From positions 48,060 through 112,059 of the forward strand of contig JABCNV010000002.1 in NCBI GenBank assembly GCA_013333935.1: DNA of 64,000 bases, written 5' to 3'. The notes beneath the pieces are model-generated. The model made no database searches, was not told the DNA's origin, and was given only the letters and a program-made list of their open reading frames with translations. A program made the position numbers and the translations under genes. Below, one piece after another: positions 37,298 through 47,005 of this stretch. This DNA is from Prevotella sp. (lineage in GTDB: Bacteria > Bacteroidota > Bacteroidia > Bacteroidales > Bacteroidaceae). Numbering within the stretch: position 1 is the stretch's first letter; each line of letters opens with the position of its first letter.

Positions 37298-38280
37298 TGG
37301 CAACTTTTCATGAACTTTTTCAGGCTTCCTTGAAGTCGGCTGATACGGAAGAGTGGGTCGATGCCCACTTTAACCATCCCGTCGGACTGGTGTTTGCCTT
37401 GTTCTGGAACAAGCTGGGCATTCATCCCAACGTCATAACTATCCTCTCTTTCTTTCTGGGAGCTGCCGCCGGATGGATGTTTAGTTTTACCTCCTGGCAG
37501 CATAATGTTATGGGCATTATGCTGTTAATGCTGGCTAATTTCTGCGATTCGACCGATGGACAAATGGCTCGTCTCACGGGCAAAAAGACGCTGGTGGGAC
37601 GCGTGCTTGACGGCATTTCGGGCGATGTATGGTTTGTTGCCATCTACGTTGGCCTGTCGTTACGATTGATGAACGAACGTATTCCCGGCCTCGATACGAC
37701 GTGGGGGATATGGGCCTGGGTGCTAAGCGTGATGGCCGGAGCACTGGGACATTCGCCCCAAAGCTCGTTGGGCGACTATTACAGGCAAATACACCTATTC
37801 TTTCTTAAAGGTAAAGACGGGTCGGAACTTGACAATTATGCGCAGCAAATAGCCATTTACGAGAACACGCCGCGTAAGAATTTGTTTGCCCGCATATTCT
37901 ATAAGGGTTACGCAGGCTATTGTAAAAGTCAGGAGAAACGGACGCCCGAGTTTCAGCGTTTCTTCGCAAAGTGGAACGAAGTAGCCGCACGGCACAGGGC
38001 CGAAACGATGGCACCGCTGCGCGACGAGTTCCTGCAAGGCAGCCGTCCGCTGATGAAATATACCAACCTGCTGACGTTCAACAGCAGGGCTTTCTGCATT
38101 TATGCAACCTGTTTGCTGGGTTGTTTCACTGGCGATGTGCTGGGACCGTGGATTTATCTGCTCTTCGAGTTTGTGGTTCTCAACCTGTTTTATGTCTACA
38201 TGATGCGCAGCCATGAACGACTTTGTGCACGGATGACGGCACGTTTGCAGGCGCTTGACTTACAGGAGACAGCGAAATGA
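37297..38280 (+). CDS. CDP-alcohol phosphatidyltransferase family protein with a long C-terminal membrane extension
   Basis: DGQMARLTGKKTLVGRVLDGISGD matches D-G-x2-A-R-x8-G-x3-D-x3-D. 327 aa with multiple TM segments. Confidence 0.75.
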   Translation: MATFHELFQASLKSADTEEWVDAHFNHPVGLVFALFWNKLGIHPNVITILSFFLGAAAGWMFSFTSWQHNVMGIMLLMLANFCDSTDGQMARLTGKKTLVGRVLDGISGDVWFVAIYVGLSLRLMNERIPGLDTTWGIWAWVLSVMAGALGHSPQSSLGDYYRQIHLFFLKGKDGSELDNYAQQIAIYENTPRKNLFARIFYKGYAGYCKSQEKRTPEFQRFFAKWNEVAARHRAETMAPLRDEFLQGSRPLMKYTNLLTFNSRAFCIYATCLLGCFTGDVLGPWIYLLFEFVVLNLFYVYMMRSHERLCARMTARLQALDLQETAK

Positions 38281-38993
38281 TTAAGGGATACTTGTTTGAT
38301 TATGGCGCCACGCTTGACACGGCGGGATGCCATTGGGGGCAGATGCTGTGGGCTTCCTGTCGGCGTTGTGGCGTGCCGGTGACCGAACAGCAGTTTCGTG
38401 ACGCCTATGTGTATGGCGAACGCACGCTGGGAAGCCGGAACCTGATTGCGCCGGAAGATACCTTTTATACAATGCTTGGCGTGAAACTGCGGCTTGAATT
38501 CTGCTTCCTGATGCAGGCGGGAGCGTTGAAAACAGATGAGGGTGAAGCGGCCTTGATGCGCGAAAGGGTGCTGAACGACGTTTATAAGCGCGTGCTTGAT
38601 ACTACGAAAGAGAGCCGTACTGTGCTTGAAAAGCTGCGTAAAAACTACGAAATGGTATTGGTAAGCAACTTTTATGGCAACATCCGTACGGTGTTGAAGG
38701 AGTTTGGTCTGGGCGTTTTCTTCAAGGATATAGTGGAGTCTGCCGAAGTGGGTATTCGCAAACCTGATCCCCGAATCTTCGAAATGGGCGTACAACGGTT
38801 GGGCTTAAGGCCCGACGAAGTGGTTGTAGTGGGTGACAGTTTTCGTAAGGATGTGGTGCCCGCCAAAGAAGCAGGGTGTCATGCTGTCTGGCTAAAAGGG
38901 AAGCCTTGGAAACAAGAAGCTGTAGACGAAACGGTGCCCGACCGCATCATCTACAGCCTTAAAGAGCTGCTTTCTCCTGCTCAGTGTGAGTAG
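38277..38993 (+). CDS. HAD-superfamily hydrolase (putative phosphatase) with an atypical motif I, DYGAT
   Basis: LFDYGATLD and VVGDSFRKDV motifs. The start overlaps the upstream stop (ATGA). Confidence 0.7.
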   Translation: MIKGYLFDYGATLDTAGCHWGQMLWASCRRCGVPVTEQQFRDAYVYGERTLGSRNLIAPEDTFYTMLGVKLRLEFCFLMQAGALKTDEGEAALMRERVLNDVYKRVLDTTKESRTVLEKLRKNYEMVLVSNFYGNIRTVLKEFGLGVFFKDIVESAEVGIRKPDPRIFEMGVQRLGLRPDEVVVVGDSFRKDVVPAKEAGCHAVWLKGKPWKQEAVDETVPDRIIYSLKELLSPAQCE

Positions 38994-39023
38994 AAGACGT
39001 TGTTCTTGTAATATCAAAAGACC

Positions 39024-39902
39024 TTATTCAGCCTGTTTCTCTTCCGTACGGAGATGGGAAACGGGCTTGTTTTGTAGATAGCTGACATAATTTTCCAGTA
39101 TCCGTTTGATACAGGGAATCCGGAATATACCTTGTTCCAGAAGTGCCATTCCGACAAGAGCGGTGAGAATTCCCAGCAGAACGTCAACCACATAATGGTG
39201 TCCGGTGTAGACGGCTGTCCACCAGATGCCGACACAGATAAACGCAAAGACGGCAACAGTTGCCTTTGATTGCCTGCTGGCCCAGGCGTAACAGGTAGTC
39301 ACTAACATGTAAGCGGCATGCAGAGAAGGCAGTGCAGCGAAGACATTGGCGTTCTTGCCGTAGATGCTTTGAAACACGGGGAAGCCGAGAAGCTGGTCAA
39401 ACCGAATCAACCCTGCGACGTTTCCAGGTGTGTGTAATATAGGTTTGAAGCCATATTCCATAGCGTACCATGGCGGTGCTGCGGGATGAATGTAATAGCC
39501 GCAGAAGCCTATAAGGTTGACAAAAAGGAAAGCAAGGCAGAACCTTATGAACCATTTGTACTGCTTTTTATGATACAGCCACAGGCTGAAACCTAAAGGC
39601 ACGGGTACCCAGCACAGGTAAAAGAGACCGGCCGTCAGGTCGGCAAGCGTGCAATGATGGATGGCAAAGTATTCGCCTAAGATAAGTTTTTGTCCGCCTG
39701 TAGCCGTTATTCCAAACAAGTTTTTTTCAGTATCGTAGAGGCCTTTGACGTCAATGGGATTGACTTCATAGTTGGGATAAAAGCGCATCCAGTCGTAGCA
39801 ACACGCAAAAACAACCCATGGCGCAAAGGCTACGGCAAAGCGTCGTGTAGGACGGATGGCCAAAAGGGCCGCATATATAATAATAATGTAAATACTAAAC
39901 AC
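39024..39902 (-). CDS. PAP2 superfamily protein, sphingomyelin/IPC-synthase-like phospho-headgroup transferase candidate
   Basis: Polytopic, with PSLHAAY (S-x-H) and HHYVVDVLLG (the H-Y-x-x-D-V motif of SMS/AUR1-type enzymes). Confidence 0.65.
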   Translation of the reverse strand: MFSIYIIIIYAALLAIRPTRRFAVAFAPWVVFACCYDWMRFYPNYEVNPIDVKGLYDTEKNLFGITATGGQKLILGEYFAIHHCTLADLTAGLFYLCWVPVPLGFSLWLYHKKQYKWFIRFCLAFLFVNLIGFCGYYIHPAAPPWYAMEYGFKPILHTPGNVAGLIRFDQLLGFPVFQSIYGKNANVFAALPSLHAAYMLVTTCYAWASRQSKATVAVFAFICVGIWWTAVYTGHHYVVDVLLGILTALVGMALLEQGIFRIPCIKRILENYVSYLQNKPVSHLRTEEKQAE

Positions 39903-39943
39903 GTTTTGTGTTTGGGTTAATCCTGAAGAATCAGGCGGTTATT

Positions 39944-40591
39944 TCATTTCTCCTGCAGGGCCTTATAGCAGTGGGCTACCCGCCAGAACGCCGTAATATT
40001 GGCCAAAACAGCAATGACAATCATGCCTCCTGCGAGCCACAGGAGGTTAGCTGTAAGGCCTGTGATGATGGCTGTAACAGCTAAAACGACGACGCGTTCG
40101 GGGCGTTGCATGAGCCCTACCTTGCATTCGATGCCGAGACCCTCGGCTCGGGCTCTGACGTAACTTACCATTACGGAGCCTATCATGGCCACAAAAGTGA
40201 CGACTCCCATCCAGAACCATCCGTTCTGAAGGAAGACAAGGACGACGCCGAAGAGCGAAATCAGCTCGCTGTAACGATCGAGTACGGAGTCCCACATCGC
40301 TCCAAAGGTGGTTGACATATTGCCTAATCGGGCCAGCCTCCCATCAATCATGTCGAACAATCCTGCAAAAAGGATGATGGCTCCGCCCCATGCAATGTAG
40401 CAGAAAGCATTGGCGTCATCACCGCCTTGCAAAAGAAAAGCACTGTAAATAAAGCAGGCCGCCGACACGATGTTGCCGATGAAGCCCAGCGTAGTAATCA
40501 TATTGGGTGTGACATGAAGCTTGATAAGTCCGCCAATAAGCGGGTTGATGATGGTGTAAATCACCTTTTGGAGAAAGTCCCTGTAATTCAT
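39944..40591 (-). CDS. CDP-alcohol phosphatidyltransferase (PgsA-like)
   Basis: DGRLARLGNMSTTFGAMWDSVLDRYSE motif. 215 aa, lying between GtrA and PAP2. Confidence 0.75.
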   Translation of the reverse strand: MNYRDFLQKVIYTIINPLIGGLIKLHVTPNMITTLGFIGNIVSAACFIYSAFLLQGGDDANAFCYIAWGGAIILFAGLFDMIDGRLARLGNMSTTFGAMWDSVLDRYSELISLFGVVLVFLQNGWFWMGVVTFVAMIGSVMVSYVRARAEGLGIECKVGLMQRPERVVVLAVTAIITGLTANLLWLAGGMIVIAVLANITAFWRVAHCYKALQEK

Positions 40592-41019
40592 ATTTCGTTT
40601 ATTTTTTCCTTATTGTGCATATGTAAATTGCGAAAAACGAAGGTCCGTTGCATTTGATAATTCCAGAAAACAGCTACGGCAACAGCAACTGCAGCCTTGA
40701 TAATGATGAAGTGGAGGCCGGAAAGCTCGGTGAAAAACCATGTTCCGACAGTGTTTAACAGTATGCTGATACCCCACACAAGGAGGTATTTCAGAGCGAT
40801 AAAGGGCTTTCCTTGCTCCTGTTTATCGAATACCCACCGGTAGTTGACACAACAGTTGATGAGCCCTCCTGCCAGTGCACCGAAGAAAGAAGCCAGCGCA
40901 TACCATATTCCGACGGCCTTTACCAAGAGGATAGTCAGGGCAAAGTCTACCACAGAAGCCACTGCAGCCGAGGTCTCGGCCTTGCCAAAAGTCAGCAATG
41001 CTTGCGTTATACGACCCAT
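40588..41019 (-). CDS. GtrA family membrane protein
   Basis: 143-aa four-TM protein. It overlaps its neighbours by 4 bp and 13 bp. Confidence 0.65.
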   Translation of the reverse strand: MGRITQALLTFGKAETSAAVASVVDFALTILLVKAVGIWYALASFFGALAGGLINCCVNYRWVFDKQEQGKPFIALKYLLVWGISILLNTVGTWFFTELSGLHFIIIKAAVAVAVAVFWNYQMQRTFVFRNLHMHNKEKINEI

Positions 41020-41477
41020 TTGACGAGCATTAAGATGACAAATGAGTACACACCGGCCAGAAGATCATCAGCTATTACCCAGAAGGCACCGACGCGCCGA
41101 TCAAGACTTCTGATGCCTAAGGGCTTGCGAATATCGAAGAAACGGAACAGCAGAAAGGCGATGGCAGCCTGCCACCACGCCTTGGGGGTAGCTATAATAA
41201 GCGGTATCCAAATACCCACCATTTCGTCAACGACAACCCTGCTCGGGTCATTGCCCCATTCCGGCATAAGTAATTTGGTGGCCCATATTCCGATAAGGGT
41301 AAAGAAAAAAACAAGCAAGGTCGTGACAAGCATCAATATTGACGGAGGAAAAAAGTAGCCAAGAACTATCCATATCAGCGTTGCAGCAAGGGCTCCAGCC
41401 GTTCCTGGCCCCCACGGCCAATAGCCGAAGCCGAAGCCTGTAGCAATAATTTTAGCGATAGTCTTTCGTATATCCAT
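41007..41477 (-). CDS. pgpA: phosphatidylglycerophosphatase A
   Basis: Trimmed to MDIRKTIAKIIATGFGFGYWPWGPGTAG... (PgpA signature). Confidence 0.8.
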   Translation of the reverse strand: MDIRKTIAKIIATGFGFGYWPWGPGTAGALAATLIWIVLGYFFPPSILMLVTTLLVFFFTLIGIWATKLLMPEWGNDPSRVVVDEMVGIWIPLIIATPKAWWQAAIAFLLFRFFDIRKPLGIRSLDRRVGAFWVIADDLLAGVYSFVILMLVKWVV

Positions 41478-41705
41478 GGCTTGGCAAAGGTACATATTTT
41501 TTCATGTCTGCGAGATTAGGCGCACAAAAAAACATAAAAAGCAGTAAAAGTTTTCTATATATCGCAAGTTATGGCTAACTTTACCGTCCACAATACGCCT
41601 GCTTGTCTCTGTGAAGAGGCTGTTTCCTGTGTGTGGGGAGGATGGCCGAGACAGGAGAAATGTATGTGATTAACAGTTGATTCAAGATAAAATAATCTTC
41701 TTAGA

Positions 41706-44258
41706 TTGATGATTCAGAGATATCTTACTGCCGTTTTATTGATGCTTTGTTCGTCAATATACGTATTTAGTCAGAATAAAATTACCGGAATCATTGTTGA
41801 CGCCGATGACAATTACGGCATTCCTTATGCCAGTGTCTCCTATAAAGGTCACCACGTTGCCGTGTCATGTGACGGCGAAGGCAAGTTTTCTATTGACCTT
41901 CATGAGGGTTGGGTGCTGACGTTTAGTGCCATTGGATACGAGTCGCAGGTCATGGCGATAGATGGAAATAAGACGTAATTGAGGATCTCTCTGAAAAGCG
42001 AGACGAAGAAATTGCAGGAAGTTGTCATCAAATCACGTCGTGGGCGCTACACGAGAAAGAACAATCCGGCGGTCGAATTAATGCGTAGAGTGATTGCAGC
42101 TAAGCAACAGTCGCATTTGGAAAATCATGATTTCTATACGTATAACAGGTATCAGAAGATTACCTTTGGCATGAACGACCTGCATTCTGACGACTTGGAG
42201 AAAGGTATTTTCAAGCGTTCGCCTTGGCTTGTTGACCACGTAGAACAGTGTCCTTACAACAATAAACTTATTCTTCCACTGACAGTTAACGAGACCGTTT
42301 CGCAACACATCTATCGTAAAAATCCCAAAACCGAGAAAGAAATCATCAAGGGACAACAGAGCGATGGCATTACAAATGTCATCCAAACCGGCGAGATTGT
42401 GACTGAAGTATTGAAGGATGTCTTTACCGATGTTGACATTTATGAGGACCATATACGCCTGCTTCAGTATCCTTTTACGTCTCCAATAGGTGAGACAGCT
42501 ATCTCTTTTTACCGCTATTATATTGTAGACACGGTGTATGTTGACCGTGATCTGTGCTACCATCTGCAGTTTCTGCCGAATAATCAGCAGGATTTCGGTT
42601 TCCGTGGCGACTTGTATGTGCTGGCCGATTCAACGCTTCATGTGAAGCGTTGTGACCTGACAATCCCCAAGAAAAGTGACGTAAACTTCGTTGAAAACAT
42701 GAAGGTGGAGCAGGTTTTCAGCAAGCTCCCCAACGGAGAATGGGCTTTGACAACCGATAATATGATGGCAGAGCTGAAGCTGAATAAGTTTTTTTCCAAG
42801 GCTATTTGCGTGCGAACGACCCGTCTGAGCGATTATGCTTTTGATGAAGTGCCCAGGAAACTTTTTAGCGGCAGGGCGAAAGTGAAACGCGAAATCGAAG
42901 CCATGAACCGCGATGAAGCCTTTTGGAGCAAATACCGTACGGTGGAATTGACGAAAGCCGAGTCGTCGATGGACAACTTTATGCATCGTATGGAACAGTC
43001 GAAAAACTATAAATGGATCATCACCGGCGTAAAGGCTCTGGTCGAAAACTATGTGGAAACGTCGGCCGATAAGGATAAGAACAAGTTTGACATTGGGCCT
43101 ATCAACACGCTGATTTCATCGAATTTTGTCGACGGTATCCGCCTAAGGGCCAGCGGCCGCACCTCTGCCCATCTTAACCCTCATCTGTTCTGGACGGGCT
43201 TTTACGCTTATGGAACCAGGAGCCATAAGCACTATTACAGTTCAGAACTAACCTACAGTTTCAACAAAAAGCATCTGGCGGCTTTCGAGTTCCCGCAGAA
43301 CAATATCACGTTTGAGACGAGTTATGACGTGATGTCGCCTTCAGACAAGTTTCTGTTACACAATAAGGATAATGTTTTCATGTCGTTCCGTGCATTGAAA
43401 ATCAGGCAGCTTTACTTCTATAATCGTCAGCGGTTGCACTTTAGTTTTGAGTCGCCGTGGGGACTTCGCGTTGGCGGAGGCATCAAGGCCGAGAGTGATG
43501 AGCCTGCCGGTGACCTGTCATTTTATGAGCTTGGTACTGGAAATTGGGTGCGGAAAATCCGTACAACCGAGCTAAATCTGGGCTTGAAGTATCAGCCTGG
43601 CGTCACGTATATGAACACCAAGCAGCAGCGTGTGCCCATCAATCTTGATGCACCTGAATTCGGAATAACTCATACCATGGGTGTAAAAGGCTTCCTGGGT
43701 GGACAGTATAAGTATAATCTTACACAACTTACCATCTATAAGCGCCAGTGGTTAGGAAGCTGGGGCTATGTGGATACGCACATCAATGCTGGTGCGCAGT
43801 GGAACAGGGTACCGTTCCCATTGCTGATTATGCCCCCCATTGACCCGACATACTTCGAGAACGAGGAAACTTTCTCGTTGATGAATAACATGGAATTTCT
43901 CAACGACAGATATGCATTCTGGTCAGTTACATGGGATATGAACGGCAAATTACTGAATCGTTTGCCACTCATCAAGCACTTAAAGTGGCGCGAATATGTT
44001 GCTTTCAAGGGTATGTTTGGCAATCTTACCGACAAGAATAACCCGTTCTTGCCACAGAATATGCTCAACCAAACAATGTTCCGGTTCCCTGCGGGCAGTT
44101 ACCTAATGGACTCCAGGACGCCTTATATGGAGCTTGTGGCCGGAGTTCACAATATATTTAAGTTCTTCGGTGTGTTCTATATTCACCGCTTCAACTACGA
44201 CAACCACCCGAAAATCAACAAGAACGGCGTCAGGTTCAGCTTTATGCTGAGCTTCTAA
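41706..44258 (+). pseudogene. DUF5686 / carboxypeptidase-regulatory-like domain protein interrupted by an in-frame TAA at 41976-41978
   Basis: The 90-aa ORF (signal peptide plus CarbopepD_reg-like ITGIIVDADDNYGIPYASVSYKG) and the 759-aa ORF are in the same frame, separated only by ...GNKT*LRISLKSETKKLQEVVIK. Together they make an ~850-aa protein. Confidence 0.7.
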
Positions 44259-44273
44259 AATAGTTTACAGGCA

Positions 44274-44912
44274 ATGCAGATTCTGTTGGCAGACAAACAA
44301 GATATTACACGTGCAGGTCTCTCGTATATCCTGATGCAGGAGGGAGAAGCCTGTAGCAAGTATGTCATGGACAAGGCAGAGCTCGTGCTTGCTCTTGAAC
44401 AGACACCCGATGCACTGGTTATTCTCGACTATACTCTGTTTGATTTTGGCGACAGTAACGAACTGCTTATCTTGAGCGAGCGGTTTAAACTGTCGCAGTG
44501 GGTGCTGTTTTGTGACGATTTGAGCAGCGATTTCCTACGTGTGCTGCTGTCGCAAAGCAACCGTTTTAGCGTGATTATGAAAGACTCGCCTATGGTAGAA
44601 ATTCGTGAAGGACTGCGTTTTGCCCTTCACCGCCAGCGCTTTGTCTGCCAGCATGCAACAAAAATCATTTTTTCTTCAGCACCACGACGTGAGGGACTTG
44701 TGAAGTTAACGAAGACCGAAGCCGAAATATTGATAGACATTGCACAGGGTATGACTACCCGAGAAATTGCCGAAAAACGCTTTTCCAGCTTCCATACTAT
44801 CAACACTCACCGCAAGAATATTTTCCGGAAACTTGGTGTAAACAATGTTCATGAAGCCACAAAGTATGCCTTTCGGGCGGGCCTTATCGATGCTGCAGAA
44901 TATTATATCTGA
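44274..44912 (+). CDS. LuxR/GerE-family regulator with a degenerate receiver-like N-domain
   Basis: C-terminal GerE HTH (LTKTEAEILIDIAQGMTTREIAEKRFSSFHTINTHRKNIFRKLGV). The N-terminus is receiver-like but has DK in place of the DD acidic pocket. Confidence 0.7.
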   Translation: MQILLADKQDITRAGLSYILMQEGEACSKYVMDKAELVLALEQTPDALVILDYTLFDFGDSNELLILSERFKLSQWVLFCDDLSSDFLRVLLSQSNRFSVIMKDSPMVEIREGLRFALHRQRFVCQHATKIIFSSAPRREGLVKLTKTEAEILIDIAQGMTTREIAEKRFSSFHTINTHRKNIFRKLGVNNVHEATKYAFRAGLIDAAEYYI

Positions 44913-45544
44913 TTCTCTTTCTGCTTTTTAAATCGTACTTTTACCAGTTTAAATCCCATTGAATGCAGCAGGGTGGTAAACTGTGCGGCTGCATTTTGCT
45001 CGGCGCTGCTGATGTTTTGCTGGGTAAGGCATTGTGTTTTCATGGCTTCTGCAGCCCTTATCGTGAGCATGGCTTTGTCGGCTTCGCTCCATTTCCCGCT
45101 TTCATAAATGGCGCGGGTACGGGCTTCGTCAAGAAAATTTTCGTCCAATAAACCCACCTCCGGCAACAAAACTTTGACGGTATCATGGTCGGTTGTTATC
45201 CAGTTTTCGCCGGTTTTGCCCATGTCAATGCCCAGACGGAGGGTGCCATAATACAGTCGCGTAAGGCGATCGTCGCCGAAGAAGCCGTGCCTGACGGTGT
45301 CAATCAGTTCCTCATCTGATATGGAAAGAAACTCCCATTGCCCTATATCCTTCAGCTTTTGCACTTGTACGGCAGTTATCTCAAAGTGTCCTTTCTGCGC
45401 ATCGCTACTGCCGTTGCCACATCTCCATAGGGTTATGACAAGTACCAACAATATAATGACACCAGCAAATGCCGCTAATTTCAGAGTCGACTTGCGTGGC
45501 AGTGGAGAAATGGTGCTGCTGATATTTTTTATAAGTTTTTTCAT
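44903..45544 (-). CDS. DUF4230 domain protein
   Basis: N-terminal TM followed by a DUF4230-like ~180-aa domain. Confidence 0.6.
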   Translation of the reverse strand: MKKLIKNISSTISPLPRKSTLKLAAFAGVIILLVLVITLWRCGNGSSDAQKGHFEITAVQVQKLKDIGQWEFLSISDEELIDTVRHGFFGDDRLTRLYYGTLRLGIDMGKTGENWITTDHDTVKVLLPEVGLLDENFLDEARTRAIYESGKWSEADKAMLTIRAAEAMKTQCLTQQNISSAEQNAAAQFTTLLHSMGFKLVKVRFKKQKENQI

Positions 45545-45555
45545 TGATTCGTGAT

Positions 45556-46218
45556 TTAGTCAACATGTTTAATCAGTTTCGACAGTTCTCTCACGGTCAG
45601 ACCATTACGGAAAGTTACCGTAATATTGTGCTCATCGAAGCCCATTGCTGTTGCTATCGGTACGAGCTGGCGTGCTGCACTTGTGCGTGCGTCTTCCAGA
45701 ATGTTGAGCTTGCCCATGCTGTTGATGATGTCCTTACGTCCCTGTTGCTCAATCAGTGCTAACTCTCCGTCATTAAAATAGCTGCGAAAGAACGATACAT
45801 TCTGTACGATATGCGTATGATCAATTTTGGTAGCGGTGAGCATTACCTGCGGATCGGGAAGAACAATCTCTAATTTTTGTCCGTTTCTTTTGATATTATC
45901 CTTCGTTATCTTGCTCAAATCAACATAAGTTTTAGCTGTTGCTGTAACCGGAATGGCGACGCTGCGCTGGCCCAACGGCAGGCCGATTTTATACACTTTG
46001 TTCAGAAAATTGAAACTAATGGCGGCAGGGTCGTTGAATAATATAATCTTTCTTATTTTATATTCTGAGGTATAAAGGTGCGAACACAGGTTTATCTGGT
46101 TCACCATCTGCGCCGTGGTGTCGACTGGTGCTGCATTATCGGTTGCTGTGGTTGCGCCCTTTTTGCCACATGACGATATAAGCAGCACAGGCACAATGAG
46201 ATAAAGAAGTTTATGCAT
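45556..46218 (-). CDS. DUF4230 domain lipoprotein (paralog of the previous gene)
   Basis: Lipobox LLISSCG. It is tandem with the previous DUF4230 gene. Confidence 0.6.
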   Translation of the reverse strand: MHKLLYLIVPVLLISSCGKKGATTATDNAAPVDTTAQMVNQINLCSHLYTSEYKIRKIILFNDPAAISFNFLNKVYKIGLPLGQRSVAIPVTATAKTYVDLSKITKDNIKRNGQKLEIVLPDPQVMLTATKIDHTHIVQNVSFFRSYFNDGELALIEQQGRKDIINSMGKLNILEDARTSAARQLVPIATAMGFDEHNITVTFRNGLTVRELSKLIKHVD

Positions 46219-46242
46219 TCTTATTTTTTATGAAAGTCATGA

Positions 46243-46250
46243 CAAAGATA
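46243..46250 (-). promoter_or_regulatory. putative -7 box TATCTTTG (minus strand) for the DUF4230 tandem genes
   Basis: The reverse strand reads ttcTTATCTTTGtcatgactttcataaaaaataagaATG. Confidence 0.4.
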
Positions 46251-46272
46251 AGAAAAAATCGGTACTTTTTAT

Positions 46273-46280
46273 TATCTTTG
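46273..46280 (+). promoter_or_regulatory. putative -7 box TATCTTTG for the divergent lipoprotein gene
   Basis: attATCTTTGcacatattaacc ... ATG at 46330. Confidence 0.4.
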
Positions 46281-46329
46281 CACATATTAACCAAGGAACA
46301 CCCTTTCATTGTAATTTTTTATTCAGATT

Positions 46330-46896
46330 ATGGAAAAAATGCAGCATATTGTAAGTAAAATTTTAGTTCTTAGCGTGGCTTTTCTCTGCGCTCTGACCTT
46401 GTCGTCGTGCAAGAAAAAAAACAATAACAACATCATTATAGTCAAAAAACCGATTGTGGTCAAGGCTAACAAGCCTCAGAAAACGGGCGATGCCACAGCC
46501 GTAAACAAGGCTACGTGGCTGGGCGCCAGCTATAAAATCGAGACCACCATCAGGGCCGACGTCTCTCTTCCTTTGGCTACTGACGGTGTTTCTGAGTTTT
46601 ACGATAACCGCGTTACCGTGCGCATTCTCAGGAGTGATGGCTCTGAATTCTTTTCGCGTACGTTCACGAAAGCCGACTTTAAGCCTTATGTTGACAATGC
46701 TTATTATAAGGATGGTGCATTGTTAGGCATTGTTTTTGACAAGGCGCAGGGCAGCCAGCTGCGCTTTGCTGCCAGTGTGGGCAGTCCCGATAAGTCGAGC
46801 GACGAGTATGTTCCGCTTGTGCTTACGGTGAATAATCAGGGTGCAGTGGCAATCTCCAGAGACACAGAGGCTGACGCTACCGCCCCCGAGGAGTAG
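46330..46896 (+). CDS. hypothetical lipoprotein
   Basis: Signal peptide with lipobox LTLSSCKKKNNNN. Confidence 0.55.
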   Translation: MEKMQHIVSKILVLSVAFLCALTLSSCKKKNNNNIIIVKKPIVVKANKPQKTGDATAVNKATWLGASYKIETTIRADVSLPLATDGVSEFYDNRVTVRILRSDGSEFFSRTFTKADFKPYVDNAYYKDGALLGIVFDKAQGSQLRFAASVGSPDKSSDEYVPLVLTVNNQGAVAISRDTEADATAPEE

Positions 46897-47005
46897 TCTT
46901 CCCACGCTTTTATGGTTCAAAGCTCGTTGCCTTTCGCCATAAAAACTCCTGATTTTACTATACTGTCCCTTTCGTTTTTCGCTTTTGTAAGGGCTGTAAT
47001 CCCTT

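Noticed and set aside
38196-38795. 199-aa minus-strand ORF
   Set aside because: It is antisense to the HAD hydrolase gene, which carries recognisable HAD motifs and a coupled start.
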